A stretch of 64,000 nt of DNA, taken from Schizochytrium sp. TIO01 (taxonomy: Eukaryota; Protista; Bigyra: Labyrinthulomycetes). Where the stretch lies: contig SMSO01000032.1 of assembly GCA_004764695.1 (NCBI GenBank), positions 1,054,001 to 1,118,000 of the forward strand, read 5' to 3'. Positions 45,998 through 57,119 of the stretch are shown here, piece after piece (the stretch's first letter is position 1; every line of letters starts with the position of its first letter). The position numbers and the translations under genes are program-made. The notes below the pieces were generated by a model. The model was given only the letters and a program-made list of their open reading frames with translations, searched no databases and was not told the origin of the DNA.

Positions 45998-48900
45998 ATG
46001 CGCCTTGTAAGATCAGAACCCGATCTGGCGCTCGCCCGAGGCCCGGGTGCGGAGCGATTGAGCGCCGGCGCAATGCCGCACAGCGAGTCAGAGGACTCTG
46101 CCGCTGATCCGTTCGCGCTGGTGCCGCTGGAGGCGCTTGCCGGACCAGCATCTCCTCGGCGACAGCGGCAGCGAGAGCGACGTAGTGACGTCAGTGAACT
46201 CAACGACAGCGACAATCTCAACGAAGGTAACAACCCCAAAAATGATCTGAAAAAGTCCAACAAAGACCGTAACTCCGAGATCGATGGTATTGATATGCGC
46301 GGAAAAAGACTCGCAGCAGATCGAGGTCGACGTGAAAACGATGATGGAGAAGAATTTGACGGAGATGGAAACGAAGAAGATATGCACTTCGCATCTGGGA
46401 AGTCCAAAACCCCGGACCATAACCGCCTTTCTGAAGACACAAAAATCTTGAGAAGAAAGTATCACGAAAAAGACGAATTCAATGTGGATCACTCCAGAGA
46501 ATTCGACGAAATTAGCGGCAGACTGGAACGCAGCGCGAGCACGGGGTCCGTGTACGCAAATGAAGAAACAGATGCGACCCAGGCTCACGAGATCGCGCCG
46601 GTGCTGGGATCTGCGACGGGATTCGTGAAGCAGTTCCTGTCTGCAGCAAGCCTCCCTGCGGATGTAAACATGTACATACCCGAATTTGTGAAAACTTATG
46701 CCGCCGGAGGAGAGGCCAGCCGCGCAGACGCTTGCAGCCGCGAAAAGGTAATCAGTGTGGCGCTAGAAAACCTCGGAGGAAGACGGGTCGCAGTGCTTGG
46801 ATATGAAAGCGGTTTTCAAGTGTGGAGACTTGGAGTGGACGGCGAGGCTGCGAAGGAACTGACATCAGTGCGCCACGGAGGTGTGCGTCTCTGCCATTGT
46901 CTGGCAGACCCGCCGCAGACCCGCGGCAGCACGAACAAATTCGATGGCGTTAGGCCGTTGCTCGCGCTCGTACCCACATCGAACCGGGATCGCAAGCACG
47001 AAGACGCCACAGACGTGGTTCGCATATTCTCCGTTGGGAACCAAAAAGTTGTACACAAATTGCCCATGAACGACCGCGTTATGGGCCTTCAATCAAGCAC
47101 CTGTTTCTTCGCAGTTGCAACGCGAAAGCAGATTGTCATATTTAATGCATCCAACTTCGAAGAACACCACGTCATCAAGATGATTGCGCCACCGCCTGGT
47201 GTAGAGACTAGCTTCGCTCTGAGCCACCGCTGGATCGCCTACGTTGATACTCTTGCAGATTCAACATATGCTGATGATGTCCGCGTATGGAAGGATGGCC
47301 AGGCGTCTGGATCAACTTCAGGTTCAGCGCCCACATCATCCGCGCTTGGAATTCCAAGCCCACGCACCTCAGCAACTGAGTCAGGAATCAACTGGTCTTC
47401 TTCAGTGAAAGGCGCAGCAAAGGATCTGGCGAGCGGACTCTACTACCTTGGAGACCTCGGCTTACGCAAGCTGGACGAAAAGCGAAATGGAACGAATCCG
47501 GACAAAGTCGCTGAAGCCAACCAAATGCGCCAAGCCAAGAGTGAATTTGAGCTGGCCATGGCACGCTACGCCAGCGCAGGCGTCGTGGTGCGTGATTTAC
47601 AAACCCAAACGGTGATAGCTTCATTCAAGTCGCACAATAGACCTGTTGGCCGCATGTGCTTTGACCCTACGGGATCACTGCTGGTGGTGTGTTCACTTGA
47701 TGGCCAAGCTGTTCATGTACATAAAATACTTCCTCAACGGTCTAGCCTAGGGTCAAAACCCTCGCACCGTCTACTGTATCGATTGTCACGTGGTATTACC
47801 CGAGCGGTGATTCGGGACATCTCATTCAGTGAAGATCTTCGGTGGTTAGCTGTCACCTCTGCGCGAGGCACAACCCATATGTTTGCCATCTGCCCTGCGG
47901 GTGGCACCCCTTCTACGTTGACCCACCGCACCGTCAACCAGACCGCAGGAGGCTCCGCTTTTGCAGGCACATTTTTTTCGACCGGGCCATCATCATCGCT
48001 GCCATCTTCGGTGTCGTCTGGAAATGGCGAATCGAGAGTAGAAGGTTGGCGTATCAGAGAACGTTTTGCTTCTTTCTCAAGCTCTCTCACCAATGGCTCG
48101 CCACCTTCTATTCTACCCTCTCCTCTTTCAAGCTCACTGGGAAGCTCAACTAGTACGTTGATGTCCACCGTAAGTACAGCTACCAACGCAACTACCACTG
48201 TGTCCCCTGTATTCCCTGCTTTTACAGACTTATCTCGAGGATCTGCTTCCAATCCTACCCCCCACGCACCTATCAAGTTAGCAGCACTTGTTCGAATACG
48301 TCAAAATGTCAGTTCTCTCAGCACCTTGCTTTCAGAAAGTAGGGTTCAGGTTGAAAGTGAGAATGCAAGCCAAGACTCTTCTTCCGTTATCTCCGGCTCC
48401 ACAGTCTCTGGACAAGATGAGATAGAAAGCCGGATTCCTGCTTGTGCTTGTGCCAGCTTTCATGGAAATTCGCTTTATCTGTTATCTGGTGCTGGCCTCC
48501 TTCAGCAATACAAACTCATTCCCCTTCCGAATGAAAAGGACCACCGAGGGTTGGAGCTGAAAGCAGTTGCGTCTAGCACATGGGATATCTGCCGTCGTGA
48601 CCATTGGCGCACATTTACGAAGCCTAGTGCTTTAAAACTAAAATCAGCCTCTTTTTCCTCGTGGGGTGCATCATGGTCCCACGCTGCGTCATCTATGCAG
48701 GGTTCACAGCCAAATGAGGATGCTGAGAAACAAGCAGAGCGGCAGCGTTTACTGTGGTTATCTAATGTCGAAATTTACACACATGCGTCTCCCATCACCC
48801 ATATCTGGGCTGCTCCGCAATTTCAATTTGCCACATATGACCAGGACGCTGCACTTTCTTCCAACGCGAAGCTTTTCATTGAACGCGCAAACAGCACCAC

Positions 48901-49306
48901 AGTTCCTGTCAGAGGTGCTGGCCCTACTCCAACCTTTGCCTCTTCGTCAAAGAGGTCTCCATCAAAACGCCATCAAGATCAAACAGGGAAACCATCTAGT
49001 CCTACAGCCGACATGCATGTCCTGCGGAACGCCATTGACACACCGGCGGAATTCCAAGATCTTTACATTGCTGATGAGCAGGAGCTTGATGGCCACATCA
49101 TGGTGTTTGATGATGACATGGGTGACGATATGCCTTTTGCTGTAGACCTCGACTCATCAACGGTGGGAGCTCAACCCAGTGAACCTATTGGCGATCTAAC
49201 CGAGACAGTTGATCAAAGCGAGGTACAATTTGAAGAAGATGAAGATGGCTTTATGCTAGGATCATCGTTGTTTGAGGCGGAGCTGGCACGCCCAAAACAA
49301 GAATGA
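45998..49306 (+). CDS. BCAS3: BCAS3/ATG18f-h-like WD40 PROPPIN-related autophagy protein
   Basis: LGYESGFQVW; FALSHRWIAY; F..H..PVG.MCFDPTGSLLV; LYRLSRGITRAVI.DISFS.D.RWLAVTSARGTTHMFAICPAGG; C-terminal BCAS3 domain WLSNVEIYTH..IWAAPQFQF. Start could be 45998 or 46073. Confidence 0.88.
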   Translation: MRLVRSEPDLALARGPGAERLSAGAMPHSESEDSAADPFALVPLEALAGPASPRRQRQRERRSDVSELNDSDNLNEGNNPKNDLKKSNKDRNSEIDGIDMRGKRLAADRGRRENDDGEEFDGDGNEEDMHFASGKSKTPDHNRLSEDTKILRRKYHEKDEFNVDHSREFDEISGRLERSASTGSVYANEETDATQAHEIAPVLGSATGFVKQFLSAASLPADVNMYIPEFVKTYAAGGEASRADACSREKVISVALENLGGRRVAVLGYESGFQVWRLGVDGEAAKELTSVRHGGVRLCHCLADPPQTRGSTNKFDGVRPLLALVPTSNRDRKHEDATDVVRIFSVGNQKVVHKLPMNDRVMGLQSSTCFFAVATRKQIVIFNASNFEEHHVIKMIAPPPGVETSFALSHRWIAYVDTLADSTYADDVRVWKDGQASGSTSGSAPTSSALGIPSPRTSATESGINWSSSVKGAAKDLASGLYYLGDLGLRKLDEKRNGTNPDKVAEANQMRQAKSEFELAMARYASAGVVVRDLQTQTVIASFKSHNRPVGRMCFDPTGSLLVVCSLDGQAVHVHKILPQRSSLGSKPSHRLLYRLSRGITRAVIRDISFSEDLRWLAVTSARGTTHMFAICPAGGTPSTLTHRTVNQTAGGSAFAGTFFSTGPSSSLPSSVSSGNGESRVEGWRIRERFASFSSSLTNGSPPSILPSPLSSSLGSSTSTLMSTVSTATNATTTVSPVFPAFTDLSRGSASNPTPHAPIKLAALVRIRQNVSSLSTLLSESRVQVESENASQDSSSVISGSTVSGQDEIESRIPACACASFHGNSLYLLSGAGLLQQYKLIPLPNEKDHRGLELKAVASSTWDICRRDHWRTFTKPSALKLKSASFSSWGASWSHAASSMQGSQPNEDAEKQAERQRLLWLSNVEIYTHASPITHIWAAPQFQFATYDQDAALSSNAKLFIERANSTTVPVRGAGPTPTFASSSKRSPSKRHQDQTGKPSSPTADMHVLRNAIDTPAEFQDLYIADEQELDGHIMVFDDDMGDDMPFAVDLDSSTVGAQPSEPIGDLTETVDQSEVQFEEDEDGFMLGSSLFEAELARPKQE

Positions 49307-49823
49307 TCTTGATCACGGTGTTTCTTTCTCTGTAGTAGATAGATTCGAATTATCATAATTTTGCCTTTTTTAAAAACAAGTAAATGCACTTTTACTTTTG
49401 ATAACGCTCAACTATGCAACTCACTGGTCTCAATGCCTCTCCCGGAGGTAATGCCTTAAGTCTCTTCAATTGGGGCACTCAATGCGTAGACTGTAGTTCC
49501 ACACAAGGTCGAATTGATGGCGTATAGAGATGCTCCATAAGGCTGAAGAAGAAGGCGAAACATTAAGAAGGACTGCATATAGATTGAATGTTGTGAACGA
49601 CCTCCGAATGTGAAGCCTGACTGTAAGTCGACTCAAACTTTGTCGTACATCTATCGAATCGAACCAGCAAAGTTTGAAATTAATATTGATGCACAGTTTG
49701 CATTTTTTCTTAGCTGAAGAAAGCCAGAAGATGAAAGATAATGAAGTAATTTGCACTTAGGGGAAATATCTATTAATGGTTAAAAAATATATATTTCTAT
49801 TTAGATTACAAGAGGGACTAACT

Positions 49824-51846
49824 TTAGTAATCACTATCCTCGTCATCGCTCGATAAAGATTCGCGTTGATCGCCAGCGTGATCCATTTCGTCGCCCATTA
49901 CATCGTACGCAAGTGCTGCATGCTTCTTAGCTTCTGGTGAACCAGTTGAAGCGTGTTTTGCGGATTTATCATCTAGAGAAGGCGAGAATGATGAAGAAGG
50001 GTTGCCAATGTTGAAATGGCCAAGATTGCTGCCCAGCATTGGCACAGGTGGTCTGTGCTGCGCAAAAGTTGATGTTTCATCAATGCTTCCCCTCTGTCCC
50101 ACATTATAGCGAGACTGAATGACATCCACTGACGGAGGTGGCGGAGCGCCTTGATTCCAGTTCATTGAAGCATCCTGATTTGTCTGAAATCCCGCATTAG
50201 ATTCAACGAATGAGAGAGAAGTATCCTTGTTCCGGGAGGACGACTCGCGATGCTCTGCTTCTGGAAGAGGGCTCTCTGCCCAGGTAGCATTCGCAGGAAG
50301 AGGAAGAAAGGATCCTTGGAATAGAGATGCCTGGTCGTCATTTGGGCTGGCCTTTTCTAAAGTGTCGACAAGCTCTTCGACTATCTGGTCTAACCTCTTG
50401 AGGAGCAGCTGACGAGTCTCCTCTGAGTACCATCCAGCACGAGGTTTGTATTGAGATGCCACATGTGTGCGCGCAATATCCCGAAATTCCTCGTCAGGTA
50501 CGTCCCCAATTAAAATTGTTGGATAGGTTTTCGGGCGAGATCCCAGCCATTCAAGGTTTCGCAAGTTTAGCCGCTTAACTTGTACTAGCATTCGAGCAAC
50601 CGTTTCTTTCGAGATCCTGAATCGCATGGGCTGATACTGGGAAAAATCGCGGTTCTGGCGCGGGTCAAATCCTCGGCGTAGAAATACGCTTCCTGCATAA
50701 GCCCCTCCTTTGGAAGACTGATAGACAAATCGCCAAGACGCCCGTGCAAGTTTGCTCACAGAACTATCCACCTTTACTGCAAGGGTTTCTCGTGTCCACA
50801 CAGGTTTACGGTTCATAGCAGTGCGAACCTTTGTCATAAGAATTTGCAGAGATGCAGGTATACCAGTGGTTGGAGTGCTAACTTCCTTCGGCGGTGCAGC
50901 GTTGCTCGTGTCCAAATCTACGCTCATAACTTCAACAACAGTTTCTGTATTCACCACGCCTGCAGTGCTTCCAAGCGCGTCACTACCAAGATTCACCTTA
51001 CCATTGGAGAAGTCAAGGCTCTGTGGAGGTTGAGATGTGGCAAACTGAGGAGGTGGAAGGTATAGCTTCCGGCGCACAGCAATAGCTTCAGAACGCGTAT
51101 TAACTTGTGAAGAACGTGCGTTCTGTATAGCCCCCGATATATCACTTTCTAAGACCGATGTCAGACCTGGTATGGCGGGAAGTCTTACTTCTGTAAGTGC
51201 ATCAGGTCGGTATGCAAAATCGCATAAAGTCGTAAATCCATGGCAATCTTGCACAACACCAAGTGCCTCCGCATTGGTGATTCTTTGGCTCTTCCGCTTC
51301 CGCCGAATCCGCAAAGCCACAGCAAGCCGTGGCAAAGCTGTTGACTCCATTACAGTTGTTGAACGTGGGCATTCTGGTTGCGTCCAGAGAGTTAGCTTTC
51401 GGGCAGCAGTATCGGAGGTGTCTGCCTGGTTTTCTTTCGACACTGTCAACGAGGGAACTCCCCCTGTCTCTGAGCTAGGAGGGGGGATCATTGCCCGATT
51501 GAGTGTTTGCTGACCACCAAGAAGACCCAATATTTTATTCTCAACAGTGTTGTCCTGAGATGATGTAGGCTCTTGCACATAAAACGGAAGCTGTCGCATT
51601 CGCACCGGGACATGCCGTGGGATAACATCGTCAGTAAGCAGTCACAGCAGCTAGGTTAGCCTTCTATCTCCTGGATTGGGGCTTTCACGATCAACATTAA
51701 AATCATGGCCAAATAACTCTTAAACTTTCTCTGAATGCCACCTCGTGTTTATGACGTACCTCTACTGCCAGAAGCCCATAGCGGGGTGCCTTCGCAGAGC
51801 CAACGTCTTGCGCAAGGCTCATGCCTGGCTGATTTTCCCCTCCCAT
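49824..51846 (-). CDS. GTF3C5: Transcription factor IIIC subunit 5 (tau95/Tfc1)-like; exons 51846-51760 and 51590-49824
   Basis: Exon 1 ending ..YGLLAVE splices (GTACGT..ACAG, 169 nt) to LPFYV, recreating the VEYPG.V-like motif. Also LGGQQTL, LGVV..F.TLCDFAY, RKPVWTR, RGFDPR..YQPMRFR, GWYS and an acidic C-terminus. Confidence 0.8.
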
Positions 51847-52628
51847 GTCTGGAGAAAAAAAGGTAACCACTACTCGCTGTCTTGGGTGCGCGCAAGAGAA
51901 TAGAAGTGTTTGACCTCACTTAGAGCTGTGCATGTGCCAAAGCTGACAACAACTTAGTTCTGTTTGATACCGCTAGAGAAGCCACGCAGAACAAAAGTCA
52001 GATAGTTTGCACGCGATATAGCTTCTTTATTTGTATATTGCCACGGTTTGGTGTTATTTAGCAATTTTATTTTTTTATTTTTTTATTTTTTTAATAATGG
52101 TGAACAGGAGGTGATTTAAGTGTCTAGTTCGTTTCGAAGAGGTATCTTTAAGACTCGCATACAGCTTGGTCTTTGTTTTATCTTGACTTTTGATTCAAGA
52201 TGCTCTGCACCCTCCTTGTAAGTCGCAGAATATTCTGTATCCACTTTAAAGAAGAAAAAAACACCGACGGAAGCAGTAATATGTTCACTTGACTTGAAGA
52301 ACAACATCAAGGAATCAAATACAATCTACAAGAGCTATCAAATGGGTATTTTAAAAAAATCAATTTCATTTCTGTAGAAAGTAGTGACACGAACATGCCC
52401 TAGATCCAAGTAACGAAAACAATTAGAACAAACAAATAACCCTCCATGGAAAAACCCTAAGCCTGGAAAAAATGTGTTAGGCTTCAATTCCGAGGGTATA
52501 TATAACTTGGGTTGTGCTTAAATTTCATTTGAAGGAAGTCACCTGGCGGCCATCAAACCACCCTGGGACTTCTACAACAGAGTATAACAATGAATTGAAG
52601 CATAGTCGTTTTTTCTTGTGTTGAGTTG

Positions 52629-53862
52629 TTAATTCGACGGATCGAATGCATTATCTGGAGTTGATGGTGTCACTTTTGAAGTGGCCTTTGCTTTGGCTTT
52701 CTTTGCAATATTTTCCATAGAAGTAGTAGCACTGCTTTGAGCATTTGCATTAGTAGACTTTCCAGTCTTTACAGTTCGTACTTTCAAGACCTGGACAATA
52801 TTTCTTGAAAGGTTTCGCTGAAGCTCCTCATAATTGCGGGATCTTTTAAGCTCTGCTTCGATCATACCAATGAGCTCTTCCGTAAGTTCATCGCGATAGA
52901 GATGGATGCTCTTTCGCATGTTAATGACAAGTCCAGAAAACCCAATGACTATAACCAAGACTGAGCATACCATACCAATATCAAACAACGCCTCGACCGT
53001 AGCCACACCAGACGCGTCATGAGTTTCGTTTGTAGCAATGTATTTAGCTGCAGTCATGCCAGTATAATGCATTGAGCAAACCGCAACTGCAATTACAACC
53101 GCACTTCCGAACCTAATCAACTCAGAGTTTGGTCTCCACTGAAGCAAACGAAAAACAATCCAGAACCCAGCCGAGGCTACTGTCACGGCAATTAAACAGG
53201 ACATAACAAAGTTAACAACCTTCCACTCAATCTTGAATCCATTCTGATCGATGGCTCCCATGCCTGCAAAATGCATGATGCAAACACCTACACCAGCAAT
53301 TACACCACCAGCAATTAAGCGTTGCGGTCTCTTGAATAGAGCAATGAATTTCACTCTTTTGCCAACCTTCATGAGCTTTTTCAATTCAATCATACTCTGA
53401 AGAGCAGACACAGCCTCTTCATTGCTAGCTCCAAAAAACACATCTGTCGACGCAACATAAGCTCCACAAAAAACAAGAAGTGACGCACAAAAGAAAGAAA
53501 ATGCAGTCATGCCCACATTATAGTTCATAGGGACACTGCAGGCTTGCGGAAATGGCTTCACCACTTGAAGCGTTATATATGTCGAAGTCTGTCATGAGTG
53601 AGAATGCAAACATTCCTGTGAAGTGCATTGCCCAGATGCTAACTCCGCCAACAAGAAATCCAAATGCTAAGAGCATAACTGCTCGAGTTTTGTGCTTTTT
53701 TTCGGTGCGAAAGGCCTCCATGACATTAACTGCAGCCCAAGCTCCAATTATAGATGTGCATACACTAGCAACAAGGAATCTCGTATCAAACACTCCGTAA
53801 ATTGTCTTGTCCACATCGGAGCCAAGCACCTCCCAGACCTCATCCGTGCTAAGGTCACACAT
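52629..53862 (-). CDS. Stand-alone MHYT-domain membrane sensor protein; needs a +1 frame change between about 53591 and 53535
   Basis: Three MHYT repeats: GVSIWAMHFTGM (ORF 53862-53518), GVCIMHFAGM and AVCSMHYTGM (ORF 53564-52629). Joined product is about 410 aa with no GGDEF, EAL or kinase domain. Confidence 0.85.
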
Positions 53863-56094
53863 AGTTGAAAGTGAATATAAGCTGTATTAATTAGCTAATC
53901 CGGTGCTCCAACAAGTGATAAAAAAGGTATGTCTCCTCAATAAAGCGCTCGATGCGAAGCCGGCGGGGTTGTTCGTCAGTCTCAAATGCCACGCAATTTT
54001 TCCACTCGATCAATGAAGAGGAACTAAATCTCTCTTAGCACGATAATCTCTCCGCCAAGGTAATTTCAGATTTATCGACCTGGTGCTAATAATAATTGTT
54101 TTTATAAGTTAATACTAAAGCTGAACAGCGATGCAGCAATAAAGTGTTTAGTGCTTATGTTTTCCTCAAACTTTGACCCGTTTTTATAGTTAGTTGTCTT
54201 TGTTTTCCTTCTACTTGTTCTCTGATTAAGTAGAAAATAAATGTGCTGCTTTCTACCTGATAGAGAACATTGCAACTGTCTCGAGTTAGCTAGTTCCCAG
54301 GGTCATTGCGACACCACAAGCTTCCATAAATGTAACTCGTCCTCAACTCTTAATGAATACCTGCCTTCGTTTCAAGTCAGGTTCAATAGGTCCGTTCAAA
54401 AGGGGTGTACTGTAGATGTTTGAAATCATTTAATTCGGAAGGACATTCATGTTTTTGAGTAAAGTAATTACAAATAACAAACAATAGCATATAATACCCC
54501 CCTTTCCACTAACGGATCTGCAACGATGCATATGGCCATGAAGCAACACATTGAGCTAGATGGGTTTGATTGACAGTCAACAATACCACTCAACCATCAT
54601 TAGGCGATCACATTTTTTACCATCAACAGAATAAATATTGGACCGAAAGTCATTTTTCTGGGCTAAGTATAAGACAAAGATACACAGCTAGAATACTTAA
54701 AGTACCTTAACAAACTCTCTGCTGTATGGTGCAATTTACACCGAGCTCGGGCCCTTTCTAAGATAGCAAAAAACAATGGTTTTCATTAAACGTAATTATC
54801 CTTATAAATAAAAGGCCAAAATGCAAAGCTGTTATAAATAGAACATTAATTGATGAATGTCAAAAATCGATTAAGAAGAAAAAATCAACACTGTTTGCTC
54901 TTCTTTAGTATCTATGAGGCCCCCATACCTTAAAATACATGAAAAACAAGTTTAAATATAGCATTACAATCAATTTGTTGTCTTCATTCGTCCTTATATG
55001 AGTTGTTCGACGCATTGCGTCCCTAAATGGGTATTGTAGCTGCTACAATCATGCACACGCGCACCTTGCCATAGCAAAAGTAAATTTTACCGCTAAGCGA
55101 TAATTAGTTATTCTTTTAATTGAAACGATCGAACCTGTGCACTTCCGTTGACAGATTCGTTGTAGTTTGACTCTTTGTTGTATCTTTCTACTGCTGTTCG
55201 AGATGCTATTGAATTGGTGTCCCCAAAAGCTCTTTTAACAAACTTTCTATGAAAATAGAAATCAATTGAATGAAATTGATACTCTAAACTCAAAACCTCG
55301 TTCACTTGATCCTAAGGCATATAGTACATTGATTCCTTCCTGTCAAAAAATTGAGAAACAAAAACTGTTATATCTGCGCAGGTGCAGTCCAAATACCAGT
55401 AATCTGATAAGTATTTGCGCTTTCTTTTTTTTTCAGATCTTAAAGTAGCTGAGTTTCCTTCCAAACATAGCTTCACCATGTTTCCATGTTTCCTACTGAA
55501 CATAACATGTTTCTCGAGCTCTTTTCAGGACCACCTTTGGCCGTAGGTGAGGTGGTCGATTTCTGAATCGTTATTTCTTCCACCTTCAAAATATACATAT
55601 ACTAATAATATATAATTCTAGGTACTATAACTTTTTCAATCTACTCGAGTTTAGAAAAGTAATTGCACCACCCTAAAATAGGGAGATAGTGTGCTATAGT
55701 GTGCTGTAGAGACTACTACCTACCTAGTAGTTATGGACTAGGTAGAATTATTATTAGTAGTATTGTATTGTATTCTTCTTTATCTTGCTCCATGATGAAA
55801 AAAGGGCTGATTACATTCGTTCAATGCAAGCAAGCGTTTCCCTAATTATCCTATGCAAGCTTTCTCAATTCCTTCATTTATATTATCATTTATGCTATGA
55901 TAAATAGCGTCACGTGCCCCAGCGTTGATAGTTTTTTGCTTTTAAAAACATTTTGGAGGTGAATTCACGCAGAAATACACTGGCTGGTGGGCTTCTTCAC
56001 CGGACAAAAGTTGTTGCACCCCAAAGCCTAGTGAACGACTCAAAGAGAGAACCAACTCCTGGGAAATAAAGCCGCTTTTTAACATTGCTTCCTG

Positions 56095-56655
56095 TCATTC
56101 TTTTAGCTCACACATAGAGTTTGGTTCTCCACATGTGTTCTCTGTGGCCGGCCGGGTCTCGAGCGGAGATGATGGTGCGGGTATTTGCTGATGTGCTTTC
56201 ATCATGCGAAGTTTGAGAGGGTGTTTTCCTTGCAGCTTGAAGCTAACCCCTACCTCTTCAGGTGTTGTAGTCTTACTCATCATAATTGACTGCCGAATGC
56301 AGAGCAACATCGTATACTACTTAATCCAAATTACTAGCTTTACCTTCCCTTTAAACGAGAGTGAGGGGCGTGACGACCTTGCGTTTTGCGAGTTTCTAAG
56401 CTTTGCAGCCAAAAGCTTTAGTTTTCTGATTCCAATTCTCGAATGTGACGTCGCGTCCAAAGATGGATTTTTCAATGGAAATCGAAGCTCGCCAGAACTA
56501 AGAAGCACTTCCCGGGACTCCAGCCTATTTGGAGCGGGGAACTTTAAGAGGTTTGTATCGTTATTAACCCTTCCTGATACGGATTCCTGCGCTCTTAAAT
56601 GTGCTGTCCAGACTTGCTGTCTCCTGGATACAGTTTCTTCCATTACGACACCCAT
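56095..56655 (-). pseudogene. Orphan ORF (about 186 codons) interrupted by an in-frame TAG at 56319-56317
   Basis: ORFs 56655-56317 and 56310-56095 share one frame: ..KVKLVIWIK*YTMLLCIRQ.. No family recognised. Confidence 0.35.
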
Positions 56656-57119
56656 ACATACATGCTTCCCTTCCCAAATTCCCTTGCATTATTCCCCAAA
56701 AGAAGGCAACATCTAAACACATTTATGTGCCGCCCGTTGTCATCGCCATGCGTGCGGCCGCGGCCAAGGGTTGTGGAGCTGGTGTACTTTGGGACGTCGA
56801 GTACAGTTGCGACGCAAGCATGACAGTGACAGCATAGGCAGCTGTGAGGTTCATTAATGCAGATGCTTGCTCGTGCCTGCGTGCGAGAATAATAATAGCA
56901 CCAGATGGCATAATAATAAGGAGAGAGGTAGTACTACGGGTTCTAGGTAGGCCATACGCTCAGGGAATGTTTGAGATCTTCTCATTTGATCGTTTCATTC
57001 TGGCATCGTTGGAGTCTTGGAGAAACTCGCAGAGAGGTGCAGCTTCTCTTCCTAGTCTGTAGGAGCGTCTGTCGTTGGTGGGTCCTGGTACCCAACTTGT
57101 ACCAGGTCTTCCGCGCAGC

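Noticed and set aside
55720-55745. 9-bp stem hairpin CTACCTAGT/ACTAGGTAG
   Set aside because: Short, in low-complexity context, and within chance expectation.
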